In this document: positions 48,902 through 60,047 of the stretch, in pieces
How positions within the stretch are numbered: position 1 is the first letter of the stretch
How the letters are laid out: every line of letters begins with the position of its first letter
DNA from: a virus
Lineage: Duplodnaviria > Heunggongvirae > Uroviricota > Caudoviricetes
IMG/VR virus record: IMGVR_UViG_2713896908_000007
Strand: one strand, 5' to 3'
DNA: 64,000 bases
Notes under the pieces: generated by a model
What the model saw: the letters and a program-made list of their open reading frames with translations, nothing else
Told to the model about the DNA's origin: nothing
Database searches by the model: none
Program-made: the position numbers and the translations under genes

Positions 48902-50464
48902 ATGAAAATGACAAGTATTCAACAACGTGCAGAGCTTCATCGTCAAATCTGGCAAATTGCTAACGATGTCAGGGGTTCGGTCGATGGATGGGATTTTAAG
49001 CAATACGTTCTGGGCGCACTTTTCTACCGTTTTATCAGCGAAAATTTTTCCAGTTATATGGAAAATGGTGATGACAGCATCTGTTATGCGGCACTTGATG
49101 ACGGCATTATTACTGATGACATTAAAGACGATGCCATCAGAACCAAAGGCTACTTCATCTACCCCAGTCAGCTTTTCTGCAACGTAGCGGCGAAAGCAAA
49201 TACCAATGACAGACTGAATGCAGATTTAAATAGTATCTTCGTTGCTATCGAAAGCTCTGCTTACGGTTACCCTTCAGAAGCTGACATCAAAGGTTTGTTT
49301 GCTGATTTTGATACAACCAGTAACCGCCTGGGTAACACCGTTAAGGATAAAAATGCCCGCCTGGCTGCGGTTCTGAAAGGGGTCGAAGGGTTAAACCTTG
49401 GTGACTTCAATGAACATCAGATTGACCTGTTCGGTGATGCCTATGAGTTCCTGATTTCTAACTATGCGGCAAATGCCGGTAAGTCAGGCGGTGAGTTCTT
49501 TACACCGCAGCACGTCTCCAAGCTGATTGCACAACTGGCTATGCACGGGCAGACCCACGTTAACAAAATCTACGACCCGGCCGCGGGTTCCGGTTCGCTG
49601 TTGTTGCAGGCTAAAAAGCAGTTTGATAACCATATCATTGAAGAAGGCTTTTTCGGACAGGAAATCAACCATACGACCTATAACCTGGCACGTATGAACA
49701 TGTTTTTGCACAACATCAACTACGACAAGTTTGATATCAAGCTGGGCAATACGCTGACTGAACCGCACTTCAGAGATGAAAAACCGTTTGATGCCATCGT
49801 CTCTAACCCGCCGTATTCGGTGAAATGGATTGGCAGCGATGACCCGACGCTGATTAACGATGAACGTTTTGCCCCGGCTGGCGTTCTGGCCCCCAAATCC
49901 AAAGCTGACTTTGCGTTTGTACTACATGCGCTGAACTATCTTTCGGCCAAAGGTCGCGCCGCGATTGTCTGCTTCCCGGGTATTTTTTACCGTGGCGGCG
50001 CGGAGCAGAAAATCCGTCAGTATCTGGTTGACAATAACTATGTCGAAACCGTGATTTCACTGGCACCGAACCTGTTCTTTGGCACCACCATTGCCGTAAA
50101 TATTCTGGTGCTGTCTAAACATAAAACGGATACCAAAGTTCAGTTTATTGACGCCAGCGAACTGTTCAAAAAAGAGACTAACAACAACATCCTGACCGAT
50201 GCCCATATCGAAAAAATTATGCAGGTATTTTCCAGCAAGGAAGATGTTGCTCATCTGGCGAAATCTGTCACGTTTGAGACCGTTGTCGCGAATGACTATA
50301 ACCTGTCGGTAAGCAGCTATGTGGAAGCGAAAGATAACCGCGAAATTATCGATATCGGTGAGCTGAATGCTGAGCTGAAAACCACGGTCAGCAAAATCGA
50401 CCAGTTGCGCAAAGATATTGATGCGATTGTGGCTGAAATTGAAGGCTGCGAGGTGCAGAAATGA
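48902..50464 (+). CDS. hsdM: Type I restriction-modification methyltransferase subunit HsdM (520 aa)
   Basis: Motifs [15 protein letters not shown] and [10 protein letters not shown]. Confidence 0.95.
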   Translation: MKMTSIQQRAELHRQIWQIANDVRGSVDGWDFKQYVLGALFYRFISENFSSYMENGDDSICYAALDDGIITDDIKDDAIRTKGYFIYPSQLFCNVAAKANTNDRLNADLNSIFVAIESSAYGYPSEADIKGLFADFDTTSNRLGNTVKDKNARLAAVLKGVEGLNLGDFNEHQIDLFGDAYEFLISNYAANAGKSGGEFFTPQHVSKLIAQLAMHGQTHVNKIYDPAAGSGSLLLQAKKQFDNHIIEEGFFGQEINHTTYNLARMNMFLHNINYDKFDIKLGNTLTEPHFRDEKPFDAIVSNPPYSVKWIGSDDPTLINDERFAPAGVLAPKSKADFAFVLHALNYLSAKGRAAIVCFPGIFYRGGAEQKIRQYLVDNNYVETVISLAPNLFFGTTIAVNILVLSKHKTDTKVQFIDASELFKKETNNNILTDAHIEKIMQVFSSKEDVAHLAKSVTFETVVANDYNLSVSSYVEAKDNREIIDIGELNAELKTTVSKIDQLRKDIDAIVAEIEGCEVQK

Positions 50465-51681
50465 GCGAGATGAGTTATCTGGAAAAATTGCTGGATGGGG
50501 TTGAGGTTGAGTGGTTGCCATTGGGGGAAGTCTCAGCCTTAAGAAGAGGCAGAGTTATGTCAAAGGGATATTTAACTGAAAATTTTGGCCCATATCCTGT
50601 CTATAGCTCTCAAACTGCAAATAATGGGAAAATAGGTTCTATCAATACCTTCGATTTTGATGGCGAATATATAAGCTGGACAACAGATGGCGCAAATGCA
50701 GGCACTGTGTTCTATCGAACAGGTAAATTTTCAATAACTAATGTTTGCGGCCTGATTACATTAAAAAGTAAATACCCATTAATCTACAAATTTCTGTTTT
50801 ACTGGCTAACAATAGAAGCCAAAAAACATGTTTACTCAGGAATGGGAAACCCCAAGTTAATGAGTCATCAGGTTGAAAATATACCTGTACCAATCCCCTG
50901 CCCGGATAATCCGGAAAAATCCCTTGCCATCCAGTCTGAAATCGTTCGGATTCTGGATAAATTTACTGAGCTTACAGCTGAGCTTACAGCTGAGCTTACA
51001 GCTGAGCTTACCATGCGTAAAAAACAGTACAACTACTATCTTGACCAGTCGCTAAGTTTTAAAGAGGGTGAGGTCGAGTTGAAAACGTTGGGAGAGATGG
51101 GGACACTTATAAGAGGCAAACGCTTTGTGAAATCCGACATAATTCCCAAGGGAGTACCGTGTATTCACTACGGTGAAATGTATACCCATTACCGCATCTG
51201 GGCGGATAAAGCAAAATCGTATATCTCTGTTGAATTAGCGTCCAAGTTAAGAAAAGCCTCATGCGGAGATGTTGTTTTTGTCTCTGCGGGTGAAACAATT
51301 GCAGATATTGGTCGTGGAACAGCCTGGTTAGGCGATGAAGATGTTGTTATTCATGACGCATGTTTTTTCTATAAAAGTTCATTGAACCCCAAGTATGTGG
51401 CCTACTTCTCAAGAACAAATTTCTTCCACGATCAGATTAAAAAATCGATCTCTTCGGGGAAAATTTCTGCCATCAATGCCAAAGGCTTTGAAAAAGTGAT
51501 TATTCCAGTTCCTTCACCAGAAGAACAAGCACGCATCGTTGCTTTCTTGGACAAATTCGACACATTGACAAGCTCCATCACCGAAGGCTTACCCCGTGAA
51601 ATAGAACTACGCCAGAAGCAGTACGAGTACTATCGTGATTTACTGTTCAGTTTCCCAAAACCTGAAGCTGTCAGTAATTAA
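50461..51681 (+). CDS. hsdS: Type I specificity subunit HsdS, type IC-like with TAEL repeats (406 aa)
   Basis: ATGA overlap with hsdM; central [16 protein letters not shown] repeat between two target-recognition domains. Confidence 0.9.
   Translation: MSEMSYLEKLLDGVEVEWLPLGEVSALRRGRVMSKGYLTENFGPYPVYSSQTANNGKIGSINTFDFDGEYISWTTDGANAGTVFYRTGKFSITNVCGLITLKSKYPLIYKFLFYWLTIEAKKHVYSGMGNPKLMSHQVENIPVPIPCPDNPEKSLAIQSEIVRILDKFTELTAELTAELTAELTMRKKQYNYYLDQSLSFKEGEVELKTLGEMGTLIRGKRFVKSDIIPKGVPCIHYGEMYTHYRIWADKAKSYISVELASKLRKASCGDVVFVSAGETIADIGRGTAWLGDEDVVIHDACFFYKSSLNPKYVAYFSRTNFFHDQIKKSISSGKISAINAKGFEKVIIPVPSPEEQARIVAFLDKFDTLTSSITEGLPREIELRQKQYEYYRDLLFSFPKPEAVSN
50968..51012 (+). repeat. 12-bp tandem repeat (GAGCTTACAGCT x3 plus partial copy) in hsdS central region
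   Basis: Direct reading of 50968..51012. Confidence 0.95.
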
Positions 51682-51802
51682 TTGACCATTGCTACCGACC
51701 GGGCCACCTTAACACCCGGTCAGTATATAGACTATTTTTTACACGCTGGAAGTCACCATTAACGCCCTTCCGGCCCTTGCCAGACGGCACAAAGGATACG
51801 CT

Positions 51803-54800
51803 ATGACTCATCAAACACACACCATTGCTGAATCCAATAACTTTATCGTTCTTGATAAATACATCAAAGCTGAGCAAACAGGCGACAGCTATCAGAGCGA
51901 ATCGGACCTGGAACGTGAACTGATTCAGGACCTGCAAAATCAGGGCTATGAATTTATATCCGTAAAATCACAGTCAGCGATGCTGGCCAACGTTCGGGAA
52001 CAGCTTCAGAGCCTCAATGGTGTGATGTTTAATGACAGAGAGTGGCGGCGTTTCACGGAGCAGTATCTGGACAACCCGAGCGATGGCATTCTGGATAAGA
52101 CCCGTAAAATCCATATCGACTATATTTGCGACTTTATTTTTGATGACGAGCGACTTGAGAACATCTATTTGATAGATAAAAAGAATCTCATGCGCAATAA
52201 GGTGCAGATTATCCAGCAGTTTGAACAGACGGGTTCTCATGCTAACCGTTATGACGTCACGATCCTGGTTAATGGTTTACCGCTGGTGCAAATCGAACTA
52301 AAAAAACGCGGGGTGGCGATTCGTGAGGCTTTCAACCAGATACATCGTTACAGTAAAGAGAGTTTTAACAGCGAAAATTCCCTGTTTAAGTATCTGCAAC
52401 TGTTTGTCATTTCTAACGGCACCGATACCCGTTACTTTGCCAACACCACAAAGCGCGATAAAAACAGTTTTGACTTCACAATGAACTGGGCGAAATCAGA
52501 CAACACGCTGATTAAAGACCTCAAAGACTTTACCGCTACCTTTTTCCAGAAACATACTCTGCTGAATGTTCTGGTGAACTACAGCGTTTTTGACAGTAGT
52601 CAGACGCTACTGGTGATGCGACCGTACCAGATTGCAGCTACCGAACGAATTTTATGGAAAATCAACAGTTCCTATAAAGCGAAAAACTGGTCCACTCCCG
52701 AAAGTGGTGGCTTTATCTGGCACACCACCGGTTCCGGTAAAACACTGACCAGCTTTAAAGCCGCGCGTCTGGCAACAGAACTGGACTTTATTGATAAAGT
52801 CTTCTTCGTGGTCGACAGAAAAGACCTCGATTACCAGACGATGAAGGAATATCAGCGTTTTTCGCCAGACAGCGTCAACGGCTCGGAAAATACCGCAGGA
52901 CTTAAACGAAATCTGGATAAGGACGATAACAAAATTATCGTCACCACTATTCAGAAACTCAATAACCTGATGAAAGCAGAAAGCGACCTGCCTGTATACA
53001 ATCAGCAAGTGGTGTTTATATTTGATGAATGTCACCGCAGCCAGTTTGGAGAAGCACAGAAAAACCTGAAGAAGAAATTCAAACGCTATTATCAGTTTGG
53101 TTTTACCGGCACACCTATTTTCCCGGAAAACGCCTTAGGCTCAGAAACAACCGCCAGCGTATTTGGCCGTGAATTGCATTCATATGTTATTACCGATGCG
53201 ATTCGTGACGAAAAAGTGCTCAAATTCAAGGTGGACTACAACGATGTGCGGCCACAGTTTAAGTCTTTAGAGACAGAAACTGACGAGAAAAAACTGAGTG
53301 CGGCTGAAAATCAGCAGGCGTTTCTTCATCCCATGCGTATTCAGGAAATCACGCAATATATCCTGAACAACTTCCGCCAGAAAACCCACCGTACTTTCCC
53401 TGGTTCCAAAGGTTTTAATGCCATGCTGGCAGTAAGCAGCGTGGATGCTGCAAAAGCCTATTATGCGACGTTTAAACGGTTACAAGAGGAAGCCGCTAAT
53501 AAATCTGCAACTTATAAACCGCTGCGTGTTGCGACAATCTTCTCCTTTGCCGCTAATGAAGAACAAAATGCCATTGGTGAAATTTCCGATGAAACTTTTG
53601 ATACCAGCGCAATGGACAGCAGTGCTAAAGAGTTTCTTGACGCTGCAATTCGTGAGTATAACAGCTATTTTAAAACTAACTTCAGCACCGACGGTAACGG
53701 TTTTCAGAACTACTATCGTGATTTAGCCCAACGGGTTAAAAATCAGGATATCGATCTGTTAATTGTCGTTGGGATGTTTTTAACCGGCTTCGACGCTCCA
53801 ACATTGAACACGCTATTCGTCGATAAAAACTTGCGTTTTCACGGCCTGATGCAGGCATTTTCCCGCACCAACCGTATTTATGATGCAACTAAAACCTTCG
53901 GTAATATCGTCACTTTCCGCGATCTGGAACGCTCAACCATCGATGCCATAACGCTGTTTGGTGACAAAAACACCAAAAATGTAGTGTTAGAAAAGAGTTA
54001 TGCAGAGTATATGGAAGGCTTTACTGATGCTGCTACTGGTGAAGCTAAGCGCGGCTTTATGGCAGTAGTTGCAGAACTGGAACAACGGTTCCCTGACCCT
54101 GCCAGTATTGAAAGTGAAAAAGAGAAGAAAGACTTCGTTAAACTGTTTGGTGAATACCTGCGTACCGAGAACATCCTGCAAAACTATGATGAATTTGCCA
54201 CGCTGAAAGCCCTGCAACAAATCGATCTTAGCGATCCTGTTGCAGTAGAAAAATTCAAAGCAGAACATTATGTGGATGATGAAAAGCTCGCTGAATTGCA
54301 AACAATTCGTCTCCCTGCTGATCGCAAGATTCAGGATTATCGTTCTGCCTATAACGATATTCGCGACTGGCAGCGCCGTGAGAAAGAAGCTGAGAAAAAA
54401 GAGAAATCAACCATTGACTGGGATGACGTAGTTTTTGAGGTCGATTTGCTGAAGTCTCAGGAAATAAACCTGGATTATATCCTTGGACTGATTTTCGAAC
54501 ACAACAGACAAAATAAAGGCAAGGGCGAAATGATCGAAGAGGTCAAACGCTTAATTCGTTCAAGCCTAGGGAACCGTGCTAAAGAGGGCTTGGTGGTCGA
54601 TTTTATTCAGCAAACGAACCTGGATGATTTACCAGATAAAGCCAGTATCATTGAGGCATTCTTTACGTTTGCTCAACGCGAACAGCAACGTGAAGCAGAA
54701 GCATTGATAAAAGAAGAAAATCTCAATGAAGAAGCAGCAAAACGCTATATTCGCACGTCTTTAAAACGCGAATACGCCACCGAAAATGGCACAGAATTAA

Positions 54801-54919
54801 ACGAAACATTACCAAAACTTAGTCCGTTGAATCCGCAATATAAAACGAAAAAACAGGCAGTTTTCCAGAAAATCGTCTCGTTTATTGAGAAGTTTAAAGG
54901 CGTAGGCGGAAAAATATAG
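51803..54919 (+). CDS. hsdR: Type I restriction endonuclease/translocase subunit HsdR (1038 aa)
   Basis: Walker [13 protein letters not shown]; DEAD-box-like [10 protein letters not shown]; helicase motifs; AAGGA 6 nt upstream. Confidence 0.95.
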   Translation: MTHQTHTIAESNNFIVLDKYIKAEQTGDSYQSESDLERELIQDLQNQGYEFISVKSQSAMLANVREQLQSLNGVMFNDREWRRFTEQYLDNPSDGILDKTRKIHIDYICDFIFDDERLENIYLIDKKNLMRNKVQIIQQFEQTGSHANRYDVTILVNGLPLVQIELKKRGVAIREAFNQIHRYSKESFNSENSLFKYLQLFVISNGTDTRYFANTTKRDKNSFDFTMNWAKSDNTLIKDLKDFTATFFQKHTLLNVLVNYSVFDSSQTLLVMRPYQIAATERILWKINSSYKAKNWSTPESGGFIWHTTGSGKTLTSFKAARLATELDFIDKVFFVVDRKDLDYQTMKEYQRFSPDSVNGSENTAGLKRNLDKDDNKIIVTTIQKLNNLMKAESDLPVYNQQVVFIFDECHRSQFGEAQKNLKKKFKRYYQFGFTGTPIFPENALGSETTASVFGRELHSYVITDAIRDEKVLKFKVDYNDVRPQFKSLETETDEKKLSAAENQQAFLHPMRIQEITQYILNNFRQKTHRTFPGSKGFNAMLAVSSVDAAKAYYATFKRLQEEAANKSATYKPLRVATIFSFAANEEQNAIGEISDETFDTSAMDSSAKEFLDAAIREYNSYFKTNFSTDGNGFQNYYRDLAQRVKNQDIDLLIVVGMFLTGFDAPTLNTLFVDKNLRFHGLMQAFSRTNRIYDATKTFGNIVTFRDLERSTIDAITLFGDKNTKNVVLEKSYAEYMEGFTDAATGEAKRGFMAVVAELEQRFPDPASIESEKEKKDFVKLFGEYLRTENILQNYDEFATLKALQQIDLSDPVAVEKFKAEHYVDDEKLAELQTIRLPADRKIQDYRSAYNDIRDWQRREKEAEKKEKSTIDWDDVVFEVDLLKSQEINLDYILGLIFEHNRQNKGKGEMIEEVKRLIRSSLGNRAKEGLVVDFIQQTNLDDLPDKASIIEAFFTFAQREQQREAEALIKEENLNEEAAKRYIRTSLKREYATENGTELNETLPKLSPLNPQYKTKKQAVFQKIVSFIEKFKGVGGKI

Positions 54920-54998
54920 CCCAATTCGTGTTTTTCTTGCGGGTTCTTAATTAAACCCGCAAGAGCTCGTGGGGTTCCAAATGGCTAATATACTCCCA

Positions 54999-55085
54999 TT
55001 ACCCATGCGCGACGATGCCGCCAAAAGTGATAGAGAACAGCCAGAAATAGATCGCGGCCATAATGATTTTGAATGCCGTGTTCAT
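54999..55085 (-). CDS. Small hydrophobic peptide ORF (28 aa), candidate membrane toxin-like peptide
   Basis: ATG with AGGAG 8 nt upstream; MNTAFKIIMAAIYFWLFSITFGGIVAHG; upstream operator-like site. Confidence 0.3.
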   Translation of the reverse strand: MNTAFKIIMAAIYFWLFSITFGGIVAHG

Positions 55086-55113
55086 ATCCTCAGCTCCTGT
55101 GATTGATTGGATA

Positions 55114-55144
55114 CATGCCGCGCCTTGCGGCATGTTTTTATTTT
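55114..55144 (+). terminator. Rho-independent terminator downstream of hsdR
   Basis: CATGCCGC-gcctt-GCGGCATG followed by TTTTTATTTT. Confidence 0.75.
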
Positions 55145-55166
55145 CACCATCTCTGTTTAAAAATCA

Positions 55167-55183
55167 AGTTTTATTAGAGCAAT
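55167..55183 (-). promoter_or_regulatory. C1 operator-like site (15/17)
   Basis: AGTTTTATTAGAGCAAT at 3' end of HAD-phosphatase gene, upstream of small peptide ORF. Confidence 0.6.
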
Positions 55184-55689
55184 TATTGTTGATAAAGAAG
55201 CGCATTTTCATACTCCCTGACCATTAACGTAAGTACGCCGTGACTCCTGAAAACACGCGCCACTTCAATCTTATCTTCCAGCGCGAACGCAATTTTACTT
55301 AGACCAATTTTCTTCAGGAGATCAATCTTTGCTGGACCGTCATTTCTGTCATCGGTGGCAGGACGCATAGATAGCAAAGGCTCAGCCCCGTTTGTTACGT
55401 GCTTCCGCAGCCAGGCTCGTGTTTTATCCCTTGCGATCTCACAGCGCCCGGTTACAAACCAGACCGTGTAAACGTTAAATAACTGGCGCACCATATCAAT
55501 AACTGGAGTTATGGGAGTATCGGTGTCACAGGCGAGATTAAACTCGTTCCAGTCCTTTGTTAATGCACCTTTACCTGGTGGCGGAAGCAAATGCAGTCTG
55601 TCTTCAGTTGCCTCTGATATTGTTCCATCAATATCAACTATGACGATATACGGACGTTCATGGTGTGCGTGTTGGTTGAAAATACTCAA
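55183..55689 (-). CDS. HAD-superfamily phosphatase-like protein (168 aa)
   Basis: DxDGT motif IVIVDIDGTI and downstream FVTGR. Confidence 0.65.
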   Translation of the reverse strand: MSIFNQHAHHERPYIVIVDIDGTISEATEDRLHLLPPPGKGALTKDWNEFNLACDTDTPITPVIDMVRQLFNVYTVWFVTGRCEIARDKTRAWLRKHVTNGAEPLLSMRPATDDRNDGPAKIDLLKKIGLSKIAFALEDKIEVARVFRSHGVLTLMVREYENALLYQQ

Positions 55690-55708
55690 ATGCCCTCCTC
55701 ATTGGACG

Positions 55709-55740
55709 AAAAAAATGCTGGTGGGCGCACTCCACCAGCA
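55709..55740 (-). terminator. Rho-independent terminator between 420-aa gene and HAD gene
   Basis: Minus strand UGCUGGUGG-agugcgc-CCACCAGCA followed by U7. Confidence 0.6.
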
Positions 55741-55761
55741 TTAAAAGTGACACTGTAACTA

Positions 55762-57024
55762 TCAGCGAACGTAAATAGTGCCGCCGTTCTCTTTTTCCCA
55801 TGCATCGCTACGTGCATAGCAAACATCGAGAAGTCTTCTTGCCGCTGTTTCCTCTAAACCCAATTCGACAACCAACTGCTCATGACGGCGGGTAACCACA
55901 TCAAACAGGGTATGCAACCCTTTAGTTGCCAGATCATCAATGAATTCCGGTTCGAACGGCAGCTCTGCATCTGCCAACATAACCTCTTGCGCCCACTCAA
56001 CTCGACGGACCAGTTCCGGGCGGCGGCTTTCCATCTCTTTACAGATCAATTCATGGAAGAACTCTACCCAACCCTCCGGCTGGAACTCGCGGAAAATGGC
56101 CAACGGCTGGAAGTTTGGCATCAACCATTCGTTGATCCGGATATCAATGGCATAGCCCATGTCGCAGCAGAACTGATAAGCAAAGTCCAGCTTAGAAACG
56201 ATATAAGGACGCTCGTTATTGAACTCTTTAGGCGATGAGATCCCATAAGCCAGGAGGCGCGGGAAGAAGGAGATTTGCCCTAACGTCGGATGAAGTTTGC
56301 TTGCAGGGAAACGGCGCTCAGTAATGCCATACATTTCCTTCTTGAGCGTCGCAAATTTGGCATTCTCATTAACCAGCGCGGTAACCTCTGCTTTTTTATT
56401 AGCAAATGCCACGCGCGCTTCGCTTGCATCTTTAATAGTTTTTTTGAGCTGTTGGTTAAGGTCGGCGACCTGCTTACGCAGTTCCTGTCGCTCGCTTTTA
56501 GCTTTGTTATAGCGTTTCTCAAGGTTAAAAGGATCAAGTTTCATGATCTCTTTATATTGAGATTTTAGCGTTGAAATCTGTGAGTTCCGCAGTTCAACCA
56601 TCGCGGTCATTTCATTGAGTTTTGTTTCCAGCTCAATGCTTATACGTTCGGCATTATCAGCACGCTGGTTGGCGTCATGCGTCGCATCGTCGATCGCGTC
56701 CTGTTGCTGGCGTTTCAAATGTTCAATTTGCAGCTGAAGCTCTTCAATTTCTTTACCCTTCAGACCGAGATCCAACTGCATATTTTCAGCTGCATCTACC
56801 AGGTCGTTATGGCTATCAGCTTCTGCGTTATAAACATCAATAAGCTGTGCATGGAGCATCTCTGCTGACTGAACCGCATTATCAAAAAAACGAGCTGTGA
56901 GGTCATCACAACTAACGCGGCGTTGCGCGGCCCGGATGTTCTGGATAATGGCCGGGATACCGGCATTCAGGACATCAGGGATAGATACATTTTCGATTGA
57001 TTGGTTTTGTGCTGAAGTGCTCAT
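55762..57024 (-). CDS. Coiled-coil hypothetical protein (420 aa)
   Basis: Long ORF with extended heptad-rich central region; downstream of paired operators. Confidence 0.6.
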   Translation of the reverse strand: MSTSAQNQSIENVSIPDVLNAGIPAIIQNIRAAQRRVSCDDLTARFFDNAVQSAEMLHAQLIDVYNAEADSHNDLVDAAENMQLDLGLKGKEIEELQLQIEHLKRQQQDAIDDATHDANQRADNAERISIELETKLNEMTAMVELRNSQISTLKSQYKEIMKLDPFNLEKRYNKAKSERQELRKQVADLNQQLKKTIKDASEARVAFANKKAEVTALVNENAKFATLKKEMYGITERRFPASKLHPTLGQISFFPRLLAYGISSPKEFNNERPYIVSKLDFAYQFCCDMGYAIDIRINEWLMPNFQPLAIFREFQPEGWVEFFHELICKEMESRRPELVRRVEWAQEVMLADAELPFEPEFIDDLATKGLHTLFDVVTRRHEQLVVELGLEETAARRLLDVCYARSDAWEKENGGTIYVR

Positions 57025-57025
57025 T

Positions 57026-57244
57026 TCAAAGTTCCGTATTAGCTTGTTCTTCGGTCATTTTTCCTAAGTATGAAGGTGGAAGGACTACGCAATTTGTATC
57101 CAGCCCCTCACCTATGGCAGCCTGTAAAATTCTGGCTAAGGTGAGCCTCTTGTTGCGATACCTGGTGATGACATGCCTGATACCGCCGGTCGGCGTAACA
57201 AAGGCGATCAGCCAGTAGTGATATTTCCGTCGGAATGGCCACAT
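57026..57244 (-). CDS. Small hypothetical protein (72 aa)
   Basis: ATG with AAGG 7 nt upstream, immediately downstream of operator 57259..57275. Confidence 0.35.
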   Translation of the reverse strand: MWPFRRKYHYWLIAFVTPTGGIRHVITRYRNKRLTLARILQAAIGEGLDTNCVVLPPSYLGKMTEEQANTEL

Positions 57245-57258
57245 AGTGTACCTTGCAG

Positions 57259-57275
57259 ATTGCTCTAATAAAAAA
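57259..57275 (+). promoter_or_regulatory. C1 operator-like site (14/17)
   Basis: ATTGCTCTAATAAAAAA. Confidence 0.6.
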
Positions 57276-57307
57276 CGTGATGAGTGTACATCACGTTTTA
57301 AAAATAT

Positions 57308-57324
57308 GGAATTATTAGAGCAAT
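57308..57324 (-). promoter_or_regulatory. C1 operator-like site (14/17), inverted relative to 57259..57275
   Basis: GGAATTATTAGAGCAAT; pair flanks palindrome ACGTGATG-agtgta-CATCACGT. Confidence 0.6.
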
Positions 57325-57325
57325 A

Positions 57326-58027
57326 TTATTCTGATTCTCGCTCAAAAAATGAGCTGATAAGGGGAAGCCAATCCTCTGACACTTCGCGAGGTCGCGGTTT
57401 GCCGTGGAAAAAGATTATTCGGCAGTCTTTTGGTAATGCCCCATTCCCCCTGGAGTAACGCGCGCTCGCATATTTTGAACCAGGTTCCACAACATCGGCC
57501 TTGTAACTTACAAACCATCCTGGATACAGATCCTGAAATGCTGGTGTATCATCGCCCATAACCTTCCGTAAGAACCCCTGATCACCCCAGCACTCAGTAG
57601 TGACACAACGAGAAATCCAACCTTCCGGATCTTGCCAGAATGAACTCCAGATATGCGCTTTAACACTATTTGGTATCCACAGGGCACCGCTGCCACGATA
57701 TTGTGGATGGTAAAAATCCCTAAGCATGGTGAAGCTGGTTGGTGGATGCTCTAGGATTGGGCGTATATCACCGGCAATAACCGTGTCCAAATCCAGATAG
57801 AACAGATCATCGGTTATATCCGGTCGGAACAACTCGATTTTCGCCCACCAGCCACGGCACTTTTGCCACTGGTTGATCAATGGGACAACTTTGACGCCAG
57901 GTACATGTAAACGCTTCAGGTCTGTCAGGCAAATAATTTCATAGCCTTTTGGCAGTTGATTAACCAGCCACTGCACATCGGAAGCGTTATAGTCACCACC
58001 AGAGCGAAAAACTAAAGCAATCTTCAT
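57326..58027 (-). CDS. Hypothetical protein (233 aa)
   Basis: Stop overlaps ppp region; contains [11 protein letters not shown] segment; function unknown. Confidence 0.55.
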   Translation of the reverse strand: MKIALVFRSGGDYNASDVQWLVNQLPKGYEIICLTDLKRLHVPGVKVVPLINQWQKCRGWWAKIELFRPDITDDLFYLDLDTVIAGDIRPILEHPPTSFTMLRDFYHPQYRGSGALWIPNSVKAHIWSSFWQDPEGWISRCVTTECWGDQGFLRKVMGDDTPAFQDLYPGWFVSYKADVVEPGSKYASARYSRGNGALPKDCRIIFFHGKPRPREVSEDWLPLISSFFERESE

Positions 58028-58716
58028 GCTGCACCATCACCTTTCACTTTCATCAATGTCAGGTTTCCGCAAAATACGGCACCAGTGTCGATATACTGCT
58101 GATTCCAGAATGTCTTCGGGCTTTTCACCGGAGTGTGACCAAAGATAAAACGATCTGCGCCCGAAATTTCGCCACCAATATCATCCATCGAATCACTGAT
58201 ACGCTCGCGCGCCCAGACAACGTTGAAAAGCGGCACCTCCTTACCGAATTGGTATTCATTATCCGGATAGTCGGCATGGGCTATAACGATAGTTTCTTGC
58301 CCGGTGTTCAACTCAATGATATAGGGCAGTCGTCTTACCAACTCCACCAGCGCCCTGGCTAATATTTCCTGATCAGCGTCCAGCATGAAGAACCATTGAC
58401 CGCCATTCATTAGCCAGTTATTCACGTTGCCATCAGGACTTAACGCATCGAGCATCAACAGCTCATGGTTCCCCACTACTGCCCTGAACCAGGGCATCTG
58501 CAATAGTTCCAGACATTCGACATTTTCAGTACCGCGATCGATAAGGTCGCCGACCGATATCAGTAAATCCTGCGCCGGGTCAAAATCCACACGATGGAGT
58601 TCGGACATCAGTCTGGTGTAGCAACCATGCAGATCACCAACAACCCAGACATTCCTGTATTTGGTACCGTCGATACGGTGATAAATTGTGGGTGCCATCA
58701 TGTATTCTTCAGCCAT
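58024..58716 (-). CDS. ppp: Ser/Thr protein phosphatase, lambda PPase-like metallophosphoesterase (230 aa)
   Basis: Motifs [20 protein letters not shown]. Confidence 0.9.
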   Translation of the reverse strand: MAEEYMMAPTIYHRIDGTKYRNVWVVGDLHGCYTRLMSELHRVDFDPAQDLLISVGDLIDRGTENVECLELLQMPWFRAVVGNHELLMLDALSPDGNVNNWLMNGGQWFFMLDADQEILARALVELVRRLPYIIELNTGQETIVIAHADYPDNEYQFGKEVPLFNVVWARERISDSMDDIGGEISGADRFIFGHTPVKSPKTFWNQQYIDTGAVFCGNLTLMKVKGDGAA

Positions 58717-59324
58717 TCTTTAAGAGTCATCTGCGGAATACCTCCCATTTTCCCGCATGAAACAACGTCAATCCGTTCACGCGCAGACTGGAATAACAAA
58801 GGCAGGTGACTTAGATTTTTTGGCGTGCCGCCGGAGTGAACGCGTGGTTCTTGTGTAGCGTCAACGCCCACCAGGGCGACATGTTTGAATCCGATATGGA
58901 AAGCCAGGTTCAGAGCACCATATGCACTATTGCCGCTGGCAATTTCATTCTCATCTTCGCAAAGGCCGAAATGTGCGGACCAGCGCCACGCCCACCACTC
59001 GGGAGAATTCGTATTTTTTGGCTCCGTGCCGCGTTCAGCCACACGACGGAAGCACAGAACGCCATCTCTGACTTCACGTTCTTTAACATCGGGTAGTGCC
59101 ATGCAATAACAAACACCACGGCGACGGCGGCCACGACCAACGCGCCGCATATTGTCTGGGGATGGATCAAGGGTGAAAAAATAAGAAGCGCGGTTAAGCC
59201 AGTCGATGGCCCCATTGACCGCTATAATCGGCACTCCGCGCGGCGCAACAAAGTTTGCGGCGCTTGGGCCACTGCCGACGATAATAACGCGATCACTGCC
59301 TCTAAATTTATTCTTGGGAAACAT
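58698..59324 (-). CDS. Hypothetical protein with N-terminal GSGPS motif (208 aa)
   Basis: [27 protein letters not shown]; paralogous to adjacent upstream gene. Confidence 0.55.
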   Translation of the reverse strand: MFPKNKFRGSDRVIIVGSGPSAANFVAPRGVPIIAVNGAIDWLNRASYFFTLDPSPDNMRRVGRGRRRRGVCYCMALPDVKEREVRDGVLCFRRVAERGTEPKNTNSPEWWAWRWSAHFGLCEDENEIASGNSAYGALNLAFHIGFKHVALVGVDATQEPRVHSGGTPKNLSHLPLLFQSARERIDVVSCGKMGGIPQMTLKEWLKNT

Positions 59325-59884
59325 TGAATTGCACTGCTCCTACTTGCATTCAAAATATGTAAATCTGCGTGTTTTTTGCGGGTATCCAGGAACTGCTGTT
59401 GCCATTTTGAAATAGACACCTGCGTTGGATTCCGTAGGGCTTGAGGGTGCGCACCATGCCAATGGAGGCCGTTTTGCAGAGAACAGTCATAACCGACTAA
59501 TACAACTACTTCAGCCCCTGACTCTGCCGCCAGACTGATAGCCTGCGCGCCGCTATTTACCCCTTCAGCTGGTCCACAGTATCGCCTGTACTCCAACGAA
59601 AATGATTTCGCCGCCGCCAGGTTGGCTGTCACTTTGCGGAATCTCCCTTCCGGTATGATGGATCCGTATTGCTTCCACCATGACAAATCACCTGCGTATA
59701 AGGCATAAATGTCATCGAACATCTGCCAGGAATTGTTGACCGCGATGATTGAACAGCCAGTTTTTTCTATAGCAGCACAGTCCTCACGAGTGAGTGACGG
59801 ACCGCTACCGATACAAAAAACCGTCTTAGTCGCCCGGGGCGGTATGTTCATTCTCAGCTGCAAATTCGGCCTCCAGGCGAGCAT
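59222..59884 (-). CDS. Hypothetical protein with N-terminal GSGPS motif (220 aa), paralogue of 58698..59324
   Basis: VFCIGSGPSLTREDCAAIEKTGCSIIAVNNS; 3' end overlaps downstream paralogue by ~100 nt. Confidence 0.5.
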   Translation of the reverse strand: MLAWRPNLQLRMNIPPRATKTVFCIGSGPSLTREDCAAIEKTGCSIIAVNNSWQMFDDIYALYAGDLSWWKQYGSIIPEGRFRKVTANLAAAKSFSLEYRRYCGPAEGVNSGAQAISLAAESGAEVVVLVGYDCSLQNGLHWHGAHPQALRNPTQVSISKWQQQFLDTRKKHADLHILNASRSSAIQCFPRINLEAVIALLSSAVAQAPQTLLRRAECRL

Positions 59885-60047
59885 TCATTTCAGCGATTAC
59901 CGGGTCCACTACAGCATCTGTTTCCTGTTCATTACGCGGCATGACCGATGCCAGCGATTCATAATTAACCTTGGATGACACGATTATTCTCCCGATGTTA
60001 AGGTGCGCTACCTCAAAGGACGGCAATGCACTAATTAATTTATTATT

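Noticed and set aside
50968-51012. Tandem repeat that could be mistaken for a CRISPR-like array
   Set aside because: Units are 12 bp, contiguous with no spacers, in frame inside hsdS; no CRISPR array or cas genes anywhere in the window.
54936-54963. Hairpin CTTGCGGGT..ACCCGCAAG just after hsdR stop
   Set aside because: Perfect 9-bp stem but no U-run on either strand; the canonical terminator is at 55114..55144. Function unknown.
59826-60026. 66-aa acidic ORF overlapping the 5' end of gene 59222..59884
   Set aside because: Overlaps a better-supported gene start and has no clear ribosome-binding site.
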